NCBI GenBank assembly: GCA_017480145.1
Contig: JAFVBF010000034.1
Location: 66,817-130,816 of the forward strand
Length of the DNA stretch: 64,000 bases
Reading direction: 5' to 3'
Origin: Bacteroidales bacterium
Lineage (GTDB): Bacteria; Bacteroidota; Bacteroidia; Bacteroidales; P3
In this document: piece by piece, positions 47,598 through 56,766 of the stretch
Numbering within the stretch: the first letter of the stretch is position 1
How the letters are laid out: every line of letters begins with the position of its first letter
Translations under genes and position numbers: made by a program
Notes under the pieces: model-generated
Databases searched by the model: none
Seen by the model: the letters and a program-made list of their open reading frames with translations, nothing else
Told to the model about the DNA's origin: nothing

Positions 47598-48425
47598 ATG
47601 ACACGACAAGAACTCATCGCGCTCATACGTCAGCGCCAGTCTTTTCTCTGCGTCGGACTGGACACCGACCTTTCCAAGATTCCACAGCATCTGCAAGGAC
47701 AGCCCGATGCCGCATTTCTCTTCAACAAAGCCATCATCGATGCCACCATAGACTATGCGGTAGCCTACAAACCAAATCTGGCTTTCTACGAATCCATGGG
47801 CATCAACGGGCTCATCCAGCTCAAAAAAACGATGGACTACCTCCATTCGCTCGGCAAACCCGCCTTCACAATAGCCGATGCCAAGCGCGGCGACATTGGC
47901 AACACCTCCAAGCAATACGCCAAAGCCTTTCTCGACCCAGAAGGCGAATTCAACTTTGATGCCATGACCATAGCCCCTTATATGGGCGAAGATTCTGTGA
48001 CACCGTTCACTGCCTACGAAGGCAAATGGGTCATCCTGCTGGCATTGACATCCAACAAAGGTGCCTACGATTTCCAATACATCGAAAGCAGCGGGAAGCG
48101 ACTTTTTGAAACCGTACTTGAAAAATCAAAACAATGGGGCGACGAAAACAACACCATGTATGTGGTCGGTGCCACCAAGGCAGATATGCTAACCGATATA
48201 CGCAGAATTGTTCCCAATAGTTTCCTTCTCGTTCCCGGTGTCGGTGCCCAAGGTGGCAGTTTGGAAGAAGTCTGCCGTTACGGCCTCAATAATGACTGCG
48301 GACTGCTGGTCAATTCCTCCCGTGGCATCATCTATGCCTCTAATGGGGAAGACTTTGCCGTACGAGCAGGCGAGGAAGCAAAAAAACTACAACAGCAAAT
48401 GGCGAAAGCAATTGCCTGCCAATAA
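47598..48425 (+). CDS. pyrF: Orotidine-5'-phosphate decarboxylase (type 2)
   Basis: [14 protein letters not shown]...[12 protein letters not shown]...[10 protein letters not shown]. 275 aa. Confidence 0.9.
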   Translation: MTRQELIALIRQRQSFLCVGLDTDLSKIPQHLQGQPDAAFLFNKAIIDATIDYAVAYKPNLAFYESMGINGLIQLKKTMDYLHSLGKPAFTIADAKRGDIGNTSKQYAKAFLDPEGEFNFDAMTIAPYMGEDSVTPFTAYEGKWVILLALTSNKGAYDFQYIESSGKRLFETVLEKSKQWGDENNTMYVVGATKADMLTDIRRIVPNSFLLVPGVGAQGGSLEEVCRYGLNNDCGLLVNSSRGIIYASNGEDFAVRAGEEAKKLQQQMAKAIACQ

Positions 48426-48436
48426 AGTCCGCCCTG

Positions 48437-48453
48437 CCCCCCCCCAAAAAAAA
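48437..48453 (+). repeat. Homopolymer pair C9 A8 in the pyrF / membrane-protein intergenic region
   Basis: ctgCCCCCCCCCAAAAAAAAgcg, read directly. Confidence 0.95.
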
Positions 48454-48561
48454 GCGCACATTCAATAGCATAACACATGCTTCATCCCACGCTGATTATT
48501 CTTCCAACGCCCATTGCATAGACTTCAATTCAACCCGAAAAGTACCACAAAAGCCAAAACT

Positions 48562-49065
48562 ATGAAATCCACATTTCGTTTATTCTTGATTCTCACCTTC
48601 ATTGGTTCTGGCATCTGCTGCCTCTCCTACTTCTTTACAGCATTCATGCTGCCCACCATGCAAGCCTTATTCAGCTCAGAGAATATGGCCATGACAGAGG
48701 AAATGAAGACTGTGGCCGACACCATCCTTCCCATAATCTCAGCTCCTGGCGCATTTGCCTATTTCCTGCTTTCAGCCATACTCTATGGTGTTTCACTAAC
48801 TGGCGCGATTTTCATGTGGAAATTGCGCCGTTACGGATTCCATATCTATACTATTGCCCAGTTGCTAACCCTCGCCATGCCCGTCATCTTCCTTGGGCCC
48901 AACTATTTTGGCATTGGCGATGCCATGCTCACCTTTTTCTTCATCATCTTCTACTTCTTCGCACTCCGCACATTGTTAGCTACCGAAGAATATTCCGAAG
49001 ACACCTCCGTCCCCGACAAGATTTCCGATGATGATGAAGAGGATAATGAAGACGACGAAGACTAA
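48562..49065 (+). CDS. Small polytopic membrane protein with an acidic C-terminal tail
   Basis: The start is trimmed to MKSTFRLFLILTF. Four hydrophobic helices. The tail is SDDDEEDNEDDED. Confidence 0.65.
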   Translation: MKSTFRLFLILTFIGSGICCLSYFFTAFMLPTMQALFSSENMAMTEEMKTVADTILPIISAPGAFAYFLLSAILYGVSLTGAIFMWKLRRYGFHIYTIAQLLTLAMPVIFLGPNYFGIGDAMLTFFFIIFYFFALRTLLATEEYSEDTSVPDKISDDDEEDNEDDED

Positions 49066-49090
49066 CATTTGACATCATCCATAGTCAATA

Positions 49091-49128
49091 GCAAGGCCGG
49101 CGGACAGTTTTATGCCCGCCGGCCTTGC
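49091..49128 (+). terminator. 13-bp GC-rich hairpin after the membrane protein gene (no clear U-tract)
   Basis: GCAAGGCCGGCGG-N12-CCGCCGGCCTTGC. Confidence 0.5.
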
Positions 49129-49383
49129 CATAAAACGGTTAGGCGACCCGCCATGCGTTCATCTGCTTCCATAGATCACGCCATGCTTGACGGTCTGTCT
49201 GCGGTCATTTTTTTCTCAAAACACAACATTTTCGAGCGACACATCATGCTCATGCCCAACAAGACTCCTTCCTCTTTCCACGGAAAGTAGAAATAAACAT
49301 TTAACCACATAAAAATAAATACCTTACACAAATACCATTTCCTTTTGTTAATAAGTCTGGCATACCAGAAAAAAAGGAATTAC

Positions 49384-49391
49384 TACCTTTG
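49384..49391 (+). promoter_or_regulatory. -7 box (TACCTTTG) upstream of nrdJ
   Basis: Exact TAnnTTTG match upstream of both candidate starts. Confidence 0.45.
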
Positions 49392-49612
49392 TAACCCGCT
49401 TTTCTCAAGCCTTATTTAGGTATTTTTGTTTGAGGTAGAAATTTATGGACGTACAGGGAACATTACTACTGGATTTTGACGCAGATGTCACGCCTGAAAA
49501 CTCCACCGTTGTTCCTTCTAAGAAGAAGGCATTGAAAACAAAAATAGCCGATACGCCTGAGACAATAATTGCCGAAAAGAATATTTTTGTTGAAAGTAAG
49601 GAGAATATCAAT

Positions 49613-52156
49613 ATGAGTGCAAGCAACGAAGACCGTCAGACCTACGGGACAGAAGAAATCATGAAGTCCTCGGTAGAGTATTTTAAAGGTGACGAATTGG
49701 CCGCCAACGTTTGGATGAACAAATATGCCCTGCGTGATGGAGACAGTATTTTCGAACTGAACCCCGACATGATGCACCACCGCTTGGCCAGCGAATTTGC
49801 ACGTATAGAGAAGAAATACCCCAATCCCTTGTCAGAGGATGAAATATACCAGTTATTCAAGGATTTCAAGTATCTGGTACCACAAGGCAGTCCTATGTCT
49901 GGCATTGGCAATAATTTTCAAGTCGTTTCCCTCAGCAACTGCTTTGTGATTGGCAATTCAGGAAGCAGTGACTCCTACGGCGGCATTATGAAAATTGACC
50001 AAGAGCAAGTACAGCTGATGAAGCGCCGCGGAGGCGTAGGCCACGACCTCTCGCACATTCGCCCAACAGGCAGCCCTGTCAAAAACTGTGCGCTCTCTTC
50101 CACTGGCATTGTTCCCTTCATGGAGCGTTATAGCAACACCACCCGAGAAGTGGCTCAGGGCGGACGTCGTGGAGCCTTGATGCTCAGTATTAGCATCAAG
50201 CATCCCGATGCAGAAAAATTCATCGATGCAAAACTGGAGCAGGGCAAAATCACTGGAGCCAATGTGTCGGTGAAGATTACCGATGAGTTCATGGAATGTG
50301 TCAAAAGCGGAAAGCCTTTTGTCCAACAATACCCTATTGACTCCGACAATCCTACGGTAACACAGGAAATTGATGCCCGTGCTTTATGGAATAAAATCAT
50401 CGCCAATGCATGGTCGTCTGCCGAGCCGGGAGTGCTATATTGGGACACCATTCTTCGCGAGAGTGTGCCCGACTGCTATGCCGACTATGGCTATCGAACA
50501 GTCTCCACCAATCCCTGTGGCGAGATTCCCCTATGTCCTTACGACAGCTGTCGTCTTCAGGCCATCAATCTCTACAGCTATGTGGAAAATCCTTTCCAAG
50601 CCGACGCCAAATTCAACTTTGACTTATTCAAGGAACATGTGTTCAAAGGACAACGGCTGATGGACGACTTGATTGATCTTGAATTAGAGAAGATAGACCA
50701 GATACTAAGCAAGATAGAAAGCGATCCCGAAGACGAGGAAATCAAACGTGTAGAGAAAAATCTGTGGCTGAATATCAAAATGAAATGTCTTGAGGGCCGT
50801 CGCACGGGTTTTGGAATTACCGCCGAAGGAGATATGCTGGCCGCACTTGGCCTCCGCTATGGCAGTGATGAAGCCACGGAATTTGCCGTATCGGTACACC
50901 GCACATTGGCTTGTGCGGCTTATGGTTCCTCTGTGGAAATGGCCAAAGAGCGCGGTGCATTCCCTCTCTATGATGCCGACCGGGAGAAAGACAACCCCTT
51001 CATTCAGAGATTGGCTGAAGCAGACCCTGATATGTATCGGCAGATGGAGGCCAACGGCCGTAGAAACATTGCCCTACTGACCATAGCCCCAACGGGAACC
51101 GTTAGTATCTGCACACAGACAACCAGCGGCATTGAACCCGTATTTCTGGTCTCTTATAAGCGTCGCAAAAAAATCAACCCCAACGATAAGGAAGCCTCTA
51201 AGCATAAGATCATTAAGGATGAAAGCGGAGATTACTTCGAAGAGTACAACGTGTTTCACCCCAAATTCTTAGAATGGCTTCGTATCAGCGGCTACAATGT
51301 GGACGAAGTTACCTCCATGAAGGATGACGAACTGGATAAGATTATTGCCCAGTCACCCTATCATAAGGCAACTTCAGCAGATATCGACTGGGTTAGCAAA
51401 GTGCGTATGCAGGGTGCCATTCAGAAATGGGTGGATCATTCCATCAGCGTCACTGTCAATATCCCGAAAGAGACAACGAAAGAGATAGTAAGCACAATAT
51501 ATCAAGCGGCATGGGAATCCGGCTGCAAAGGCTGCACCATCTACCGCGACGGCTCGCGCAATGGAGTTCTCGTCTCCACAAAAGAAAGCAAAAGTGACGA
51601 AGCTCACTTTGCGGAGACGAGAGCACCCAAGCGGCCAAAAAAATTAGATGCTGAAATCGTACGTTTCAAGAACGACCGTGAGGACTGGATTGCTGTAGTA
51701 GGCATGTATGAAGGCCGTCCTTATGAAATCTTCACTGGACGTGCGGAAAACTTCGTCCTGCCCAAATGGGTCGAAAAAGGATGGGTGATTCGCACCAAGG
51801 AATCTGGCGACAGCAATGCACGCTATGACTTCCAGTTCCTTGACCAAGACGGATACCATGTAACGATGGAAGGTCTGTCTCGAATGTTCCGCAAGGAGTA
51901 TTGGAACTACGCAAAACTGATTTCAGGAGTGTTGAGACATGGAATGCCCATCCCCAATGTTGTTGACCTTATCGGCAAATTAACTTTTGATACCGACAGC
52001 ATTACAACATGGTCCAATGGCGTGGCTCGTGCACTGAAACGCTACATCAAAGACGGAACTGAGACCAGCGAACTCTGCCCCGATTGTGGATCCAAACTTG
52101 TTTACAATAGTGGTTGTAAAAGCTGCCCAACCTGCGGTTGGTCAAAATGCAACTAA
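49613..52156 (+). CDS. nrdJ: Adenosylcobalamin-dependent (class II) ribonucleoside-diphosphate reductase
   Basis: YFKGDELAANVWMNKYALRD, NPCGEIPL, the C-terminal Cys cluster CPDCGSKLVYNSGCKSCPTCGW, and overall class II RNR text. The start at 49613 (MSASNEDRQTYG) matches where homologues begin as I recall them. The longest ORF starts at 49445. Confidence 0.88.
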   Translation: MSASNEDRQTYGTEEIMKSSVEYFKGDELAANVWMNKYALRDGDSIFELNPDMMHHRLASEFARIEKKYPNPLSEDEIYQLFKDFKYLVPQGSPMSGIGNNFQVVSLSNCFVIGNSGSSDSYGGIMKIDQEQVQLMKRRGGVGHDLSHIRPTGSPVKNCALSSTGIVPFMERYSNTTREVAQGGRRGALMLSISIKHPDAEKFIDAKLEQGKITGANVSVKITDEFMECVKSGKPFVQQYPIDSDNPTVTQEIDARALWNKIIANAWSSAEPGVLYWDTILRESVPDCYADYGYRTVSTNPCGEIPLCPYDSCRLQAINLYSYVENPFQADAKFNFDLFKEHVFKGQRLMDDLIDLELEKIDQILSKIESDPEDEEIKRVEKNLWLNIKMKCLEGRRTGFGITAEGDMLAALGLRYGSDEATEFAVSVHRTLACAAYGSSVEMAKERGAFPLYDADREKDNPFIQRLAEADPDMYRQMEANGRRNIALLTIAPTGTVSICTQTTSGIEPVFLVSYKRRKKINPNDKEASKHKIIKDESGDYFEEYNVFHPKFLEWLRISGYNVDEVTSMKDDELDKIIAQSPYHKATSADIDWVSKVRMQGAIQKWVDHSISVTVNIPKETTKEIVSTIYQAAWESGCKGCTIYRDGSRNGVLVSTKESKSDEAHFAETRAPKRPKKLDAEIVRFKNDREDWIAVVGMYEGRPYEIFTGRAENFVLPKWVEKGWVIRTKESGDSNARYDFQFLDQDGYHVTMEGLSRMFRKEYWNYAKLISGVLRHGMPIPNVVDLIGKLTFDTDSITTWSNGVARALKRYIKDGTETSELCPDCGSKLVYNSGCKSCPTCGWSKCN

Positions 52157-52276
52157 CCCTACAGCATCCGTGTCCAATAGCAAAATCATCCTTCTGAAAT
52201 CGAAGGACCCGCTTCGGGATTAACAGCAGATAGTACACGACCCATAATTTCATTCACATATTCTTTTATCCTTGTC

Positions 52277-52310
52277 GAATGGCCTGACCCGACAGTCAGG
52301 CCATTCTTTT
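52277..52310 (+). terminator. Rho-independent terminator after nrdJ
   Basis: GAATGGCCTGAC-N6-GTCAGGCCATTC (12 bp) followed by TTTT. Confidence 0.8.
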
Positions 52311-52395
52311 ATATTGCTTTCTGCAAAAAAACTCCTATTTTAGAAATATCAATTCTATCGGACAACGGATACATTGAGGATATATGTTCCCAGAC

Positions 52396-52416
52396 TTTTT
52401 TTTGGGGGGGGAAAAA
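52396..52416. repeat. Homopolymer block T8 G8 A5 (T5 C8 A8 on the minus strand) in non-coding DNA
   Basis: cagacTTTTTTTTGGGGGGGGAAAAAcc, read directly. Confidence 0.95.
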
Positions 52417-53038
52417 CCTTAGAATAGATTCATCCGAGTGCAAACAATGCCCTACTGAAATGCTACAAAGCCGAATAAGGACCCATTTTTCAGGCTGTAG
52501 TTTTCTAAACAATAACGTCGGCATCGCACATCTTCGCTGTCGACTTTATTCTTTGCTGTGCCGTGTCGATGCCATTATGGGGCTCTATATTCAGAACCAT
52601 TTAATTACATTGAGAGCAACATTTCCCGCTTTTCAAATACCTCGTTTCCCATTCATCGTGGGCTGTCCGTCCCCCACCTCTTCCATGTTTTTTCATTGCT
52701 CATGAATCACCTGTTTTAGCCACCGAATCTTTATTTAACGAAGATTGAATATGTGCTCTTTATTTCCAATCTCGAAAAGCCGATACAGGTTCTGATGTTG
52801 AATAGTGAGAGTTCTTACTGGTTAGATGCACGGACGCAATGACGTTTACTTTTATTCCCCACCATATTTCCTTCTATCACATTCACAAGGGTCTTCATAT
52901 ATAGGGCAATACAGGTGATGAGAGCAGATTCACCTGCTCCTACCGCAAAGAACGAAAGCAATGCCTACGAAGGCTTGTTGTCAAGAAAGAAAATGGGCAT
53001 CAATGATACACCTTACTTAGATGATACGAAAATTTGCG

Positions 53039-53046
53039 TACCTTTG
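53039..53046 (+). promoter_or_regulatory. -7 box (TACCTTTG) upstream of the lipoprotein gene
   Basis: Exact TAnnTTTG match, 19 nt upstream of the ATG at 53066. Confidence 0.45.
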
Positions 53047-53065
53047 TACCATAATAATCAACACC

Positions 53066-53998
53066 ATGAAGAACATAAAGTATTTCTTTCTTTTCCTTAT
53101 TTCCTGTGCCATGTTTCTTGCCAGTTGCGAAAAGGAATCAAACGAAACAGCCCCAACAGAGCCGTCGGAGACAACAAATCCGAATGACCGTCCCGATACA
53201 GATAGTTCATTAGACGGCTGCCTGTCTGGAAAGTTTTCTGTATCCGAAGACCTACAAATCCAATTTTCACAGGGCAATCTTCAGTATCAACCATCTACCC
53301 AAACATGGCGATTCGCAGAAAACCAATACGACTATATAGGTACTGGAAACGCCAATATGAGTGCATCTTATGAAGGATGGATTGACCATTTCGGATGGGG
53401 AACGAGCGGATGGGCTGGCAGTGGAGCAAACGCATATATGCCATACGCCACAACGGCCGAACTGTCCGATTACTTCGTAGGGGGAAGCCATGCAAACAAT
53501 CTAACAGGAGACTATGCCGATGCAGACTGGGGAGTACACAACGCTATATCAAACGGCGGCAACAAGGCTGGACTGTGGCGGACCTTGACAGCCTCAGAAT
53601 GGAACTACTTGTTCAAGGAGCGATCTAACGCAGAAAAACTTCACGGCCTCGCTTCCGTATGCGGACATTGCGGAGTCCTTCTCCTGCCCGACGATTGGCA
53701 GTCCAACGGCATTGCCTTTAATCCCGAAGCCACGTGGACAACCAACAAATACGAAGCTGAGACATGGCAGCGAATGCAACAGGCCGGTGCCGTATTTGTA
53801 CCTGCCGCCGGATACCGAACCGTAACCACCTCATCCCAAATGGATATGTTTGGCCTCTATTGGTCGTCTACTGCCAACAGCATAGAGAGCCAAGAATATA
53901 TCTATGCCTTGGTATTCAGCGTTGCTGCTATTTACCCCAATGGACAGAGTCAACGTTTTCTGGGTCTCTCCGTGCGACTTGTACACGAAATCCAATAG
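53066..53998 (+). CDS. Lipoprotein, DUF1566 / Fibrobacter-major-paralogous-domain-like
   Basis: The start is trimmed to MKNIKYFFLFLISCAMFLASC (lipobox LASC). The C-terminal half has WRTLTASEWNYLF, VFVPAAGYR, GLYWSST and LSVRLV motifs, reminiscent of the DUF1566/FISUMP families. Confidence 0.7.
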   Translation: MKNIKYFFLFLISCAMFLASCEKESNETAPTEPSETTNPNDRPDTDSSLDGCLSGKFSVSEDLQIQFSQGNLQYQPSTQTWRFAENQYDYIGTGNANMSASYEGWIDHFGWGTSGWAGSGANAYMPYATTAELSDYFVGGSHANNLTGDYADADWGVHNAISNGGNKAGLWRTLTASEWNYLFKERSNAEKLHGLASVCGHCGVLLLPDDWQSNGIAFNPEATWTTNKYEAETWQRMQQAGAVFVPAAGYRTVTTSSQMDMFGLYWSSTANSIESQEYIYALVFSVAAIYPNGQSQRFLGLSVRLVHEIQ

Positions 53999-54123
53999 CA
54001 TTATTCGCACCCCGACATCAACCGAGGCAGTCTTCTTCACAAAAAAACTCACGGCCACGATTACCACGAATCCACCCATACAACTGAATACCATCGATTT
54101 TTGAAGTAAGAAACTCTTTTTTA

Positions 54124-54144
54124 TTGGTGTCCGCTAAAACTCAA
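54124..54144 (+). repeat. Motif copy A: TTGGTGTCCGCTAAAACTCAA
   Basis: This forms a 19/21 inverted repeat with 56320-56340. The core GGTGTCCGCTAAAA recurs at 55852 (+) and 55982 (-). Confidence 0.85.
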
Positions 54145-54265
54145 AATCCAATCAATGACTCATTTGCGATACCGATAAACATATATTGTGGGTTTGCTTT
54201 TTGAAAAAGCGAACCCGCACATTTCCTTTTTTTTACATCATATCACATTGGCTGTCTGCTAAAAA

Positions 54266-54772
54266 TTGACAGAAAGAGGAGTAAAATGTAGGAAGTATTT
54301 TATAATTCCAGAACTGACACGCAGCCGAATAGCAAGTGAGCGGCACATCGACAACACCCCCACGGAGGAGGCGTTGGCAAACCTGCAAAGCCTTGCGGAG
54401 AACGTGCTCGACCCCGCCCGTGAGGCCTACAGGCAGCCCGTGTACGTTTCCAGCGGCTACCGATGCCCATCCCTCAACAAGGCCGTCGGCGGGGCTGTCA
54501 CCAGCCAGCACACACGGGGCGAGGCGGCAGACCTATGCACGGGCGATGGGCGGCAGGGAAACCTGCGCCTTGCTGCTGTGATTGCCGCCAACAGGGTGTA
54601 TGACCAGTTAATTCTGGAAGACACGGGGCGTAACGACTTCGCCCCCGCATGGGTTCACGTGTCCTGCCGCCGTGATACCACACTCAACCGCTGCCAGATT
54701 CTCCGAAAAATTGCGGGCGAAAGACATTACAGCGTTGTGACGTGCGAGAACTTACAAGGGTGCCTCAATTGA
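54266..54772 (+). CDS. Peptidase M15A / D-Ala-D-Ala carboxypeptidase-family metallohydrolase (phage or mobile-element endolysin-like)
   Basis: SSGYRCPSLNKAVGGAVTSQHTRGEAADL (SxHxxGxAxD) and WVHVS. Visibly G+C-rich compared with its flanks. There is no in-frame ATG near the 5' end; the ORF opens with TTG at 54266. Confidence 0.7.
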   Translation: MTERGVKCRKYFIIPELTRSRIASERHIDNTPTEEALANLQSLAENVLDPAREAYRQPVYVSSGYRCPSLNKAVGGAVTSQHTRGEAADLCTGDGRQGNLRLAAVIAANRVYDQLILEDTGRNDFAPAWVHVSCRRDTTLNRCQILRKIAGERHYSVVTCENLQGCLN

Positions 54773-55183
54773 CGTTAGGTGCTCAATAATTGAAAGCAGC
54801 CTCCCCCGCTCCGTCGCCGCATTATCAATGGTTTTCTGCTGCTTTTCAATTATGGATAGAAGTCTATCGCTATCACCAATAGTGTGTGTGATAGCATTAA
54901 CGCTCCCCATATTATCCCCGCCAATGGTAGCGGATTGTGTAATATTGCTTTTAAGCATGTCACCCTCCCCAGTGAGTACCCATGATGGCGACAACTCAGG
55001 ACAATGGTGTAGGATTGCCGTCAATAGGTCGGCGGTGAAATTCTTAGCTCTTGTGTTTTTTGCCGTTAAGTTGTAAATGACAGATGGTTTTACGTTTATT
55101 TTTTCTGCAAAATCAGCGCGGTTCATTTTGTAATATTTCAAAATTTCAGCAATCCTCTCTTGTGGCGTACAAAAATATTTCAT
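54752..55183 (-). CDS. XRE-family HTH transcriptional regulator (phage-repressor-like)
   Basis: RIAEILKYYKMNRADFAEKINVKPSVIYNL...SPSWVLTGEGDML, followed by a coiled-coil tail. The 3' end overlaps the convergent M15 gene by 21 nt. Confidence 0.7.
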   Translation of the reverse strand: MKYFCTPQERIAEILKYYKMNRADFAEKINVKPSVIYNLTAKNTRAKNFTADLLTAILHHCPELSPSWVLTGEGDMLKSNITQSATIGGDNMGSVNAITHTIGDSDRLLSIIEKQQKTIDNAATERGRLLSIIEHLTSIEAPL

Positions 55184-55290
55184 AATATAAAGTATTTATT
55201 TGTAACTATTTATAAAACTAATTTGATGTACCGTGCTAAAAAAAATTTATCACGATACTGAAATTTCATATAAATCCGCAAACACATTAA

Positions 55291-55743
55291 CAAAAATCTT
55301 ACAAAATTAATCAAAAAGAACAAAGCCATGAAAAATTCAAAACTGACAGGATCACATCTACAGAGCACAACGCAAACTACCCACATACGTTTCTTCTCGA
55401 CAATGGGACTTTTTTCGATGAAACCAATTATCCGTCAGCGCATGGGAGGAAAACTGATATCGAATACTGAAAGTCCGCAACGCACAGCGACGATGGCAGG
55501 TACTTCGTCGTGGACGAAGTAGAGATTTCGAAGTCCACATACCTACGCCTCAGCGCACTGAGTATGGAAGAGTTTATCGCAACAAAATGCATGACTCCTT
55601 ATCCAAAGCTCGAAGTTCAGCACTCACTTGTATTGAAAGGAAGAGACAGCCATAACTCCAACGAAGACTACAGGGTGGCGTATGAAGCAGTGCATGACTA
55701 TTTACAACACTTTGATTTAAATATTAGCAGTCGGCTAATATGA
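55291..55743 (+). pseudogene. Gene remnant: a single reading frame open for 150 codons except one in-frame TGA, with no ATG in the first part
   Basis: The frame starting at 55291 reads QKSYKINQKEQSHEKFKTDRITSTEHNANYPHTFLLDNGTFFDETNYPSAHGRKTDIEY, then TGA (55468-55470), then KSATHSDDGRYFVVDEVEISKSTYLRLSALSMEEFIATK...SSRLI*. No family was recognised. Confidence 0.3.
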
Positions 55744-55851
55744 GACGGAAAAATAGGTGGAAGAAGCTTCATACGGTGGTCGTGAAGGCCTTGAGCATCA
55801 AAACAAAAGAGGGATTAGTCCAATCCATTGCCTCTTAACGGCAGTTGATGC

Positions 55852-55865
55852 AGGTGTCCGATAAA
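55852..55865 (+). repeat. Motif copy B: GGTGTCCGATAAAA
   Basis: 13/14 match to the core of copy A. Confidence 0.6.
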
Positions 55866-55966
55866 ATCTGAGGAGCATGAAGGGAGAGGAGGGCATACCT
55901 TCGAGAAGAAAGATTTATACCCTCCTTAAATCCGCAAGTATCGATTATCTCATAAGACCCCCAAAA

Positions 55967-55982
55967 TTATAGCGGACACCAA
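55967..55982 (-). repeat. Motif copy C: the minus strand reads TTGGTGTCCGCTATAA
   Basis: The first 13 nt are identical to copy A. Confidence 0.7.
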
Positions 55983-56194
55983 AATTACTTTTTCAAAAAC
56001 TTGAAAAGCCAATAGACGGTGCTGCATTAACGTATCCCATCGCTTTTCTTCGTCTGTTACATAGTGGGACGAATAACTTCTATATAGTTGAACCAATAAG
56101 ATGCAGAATGCACTCTGGTCTATCATCTCCAGATTTGGCAATACTGTATGCATCCACATTGTGATGGGCTCCAATACATTTGCTTAGCAGTGGT

Positions 56195-56283
56195 CTACGA
56201 TTTGTGCCTCGTGCCAATTCAGATAGACGATGCACGCACCGCTCGTGGCCTGATAGCTGGCTACAATTTGTGCTTCGTACCAA
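56195..56283 (+). repeat. Two imperfect 23-nt direct repeats (56195-56217 and 56261-56283), period 66 nt
   Basis: CTACGATTTGTGCCTCGTGCCAA versus CTACAATTTGTGCTTCGTACCAA, 20/23 identical. Confidence 0.8.
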
Positions 56284-56319
56284 TGAATAGGCAATGGTAC
56301 CCTTGACAACTTTTCTACC

Positions 56320-56340
56320 TTGAGTTTTAGCGGATGCCAA
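56320..56340 (-). repeat. Motif copy D: the minus strand reads TTGGCATCCGCTAAAACTCAA
   Basis: Inverted partner of copy A, 19/21 identical. Confidence 0.85.
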
Positions 56341-56766
56341 AAACACTAAAAAGAAAGCTCCAATATAAGAGAATCATATATTTGGCCACCATATAACCAA
56401 CAGATTATCGACACACCGTAAGAGAATCCCACAACCAGGTAAATTCCAATGGACAATCCTTGCTGTCCTTTTCAGGCTCACGCATGGTTTTGAAATATCC
56501 GATTTGATAGACAAACAATGTCTGCTACATGAAGAATATCATATAGGACAAAAAACATCTGAGAAAGCGAAAAAAGGGCAAATCATGGCACATTTCACAA
56601 CATCAACATAAAGTACAACAACCATTTTTAGCTAACGGCTGATGAAAGAATCCAAACATGGACTTTCGAGTGAGAGAGCACTCATATATAAGAGATAGAG
56701 AAATGTTTAGTCGAAAGAATAATCAAAATTAGGTGCAGTATGACACTTTACACAAATCAGACAATG

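Noticed and set aside
49290-49444. Riboswitch or leader structure upstream of nrdJ
   Set aside because: The region is AT-rich, and I could find no extended conserved-looking helices or B12-box. Only a promoter-like -7 box is present.
56195-56340. Degenerate CRISPR array
   Set aside because: There are only two 23-nt repeats with 3 mismatches, the period is irregular relative to the third element, and no cas genes or leader are present. No other regularly spaced repeats occur in the window.
55950-56346. Minus-strand ORFs 55950..56174 and 56080..56346 as genes
   Set aside because: They overlap each other, are built across the short DNA repeats, and have no recognisable features or promoter. 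They are more likely chance ORFs in decayed DNA.
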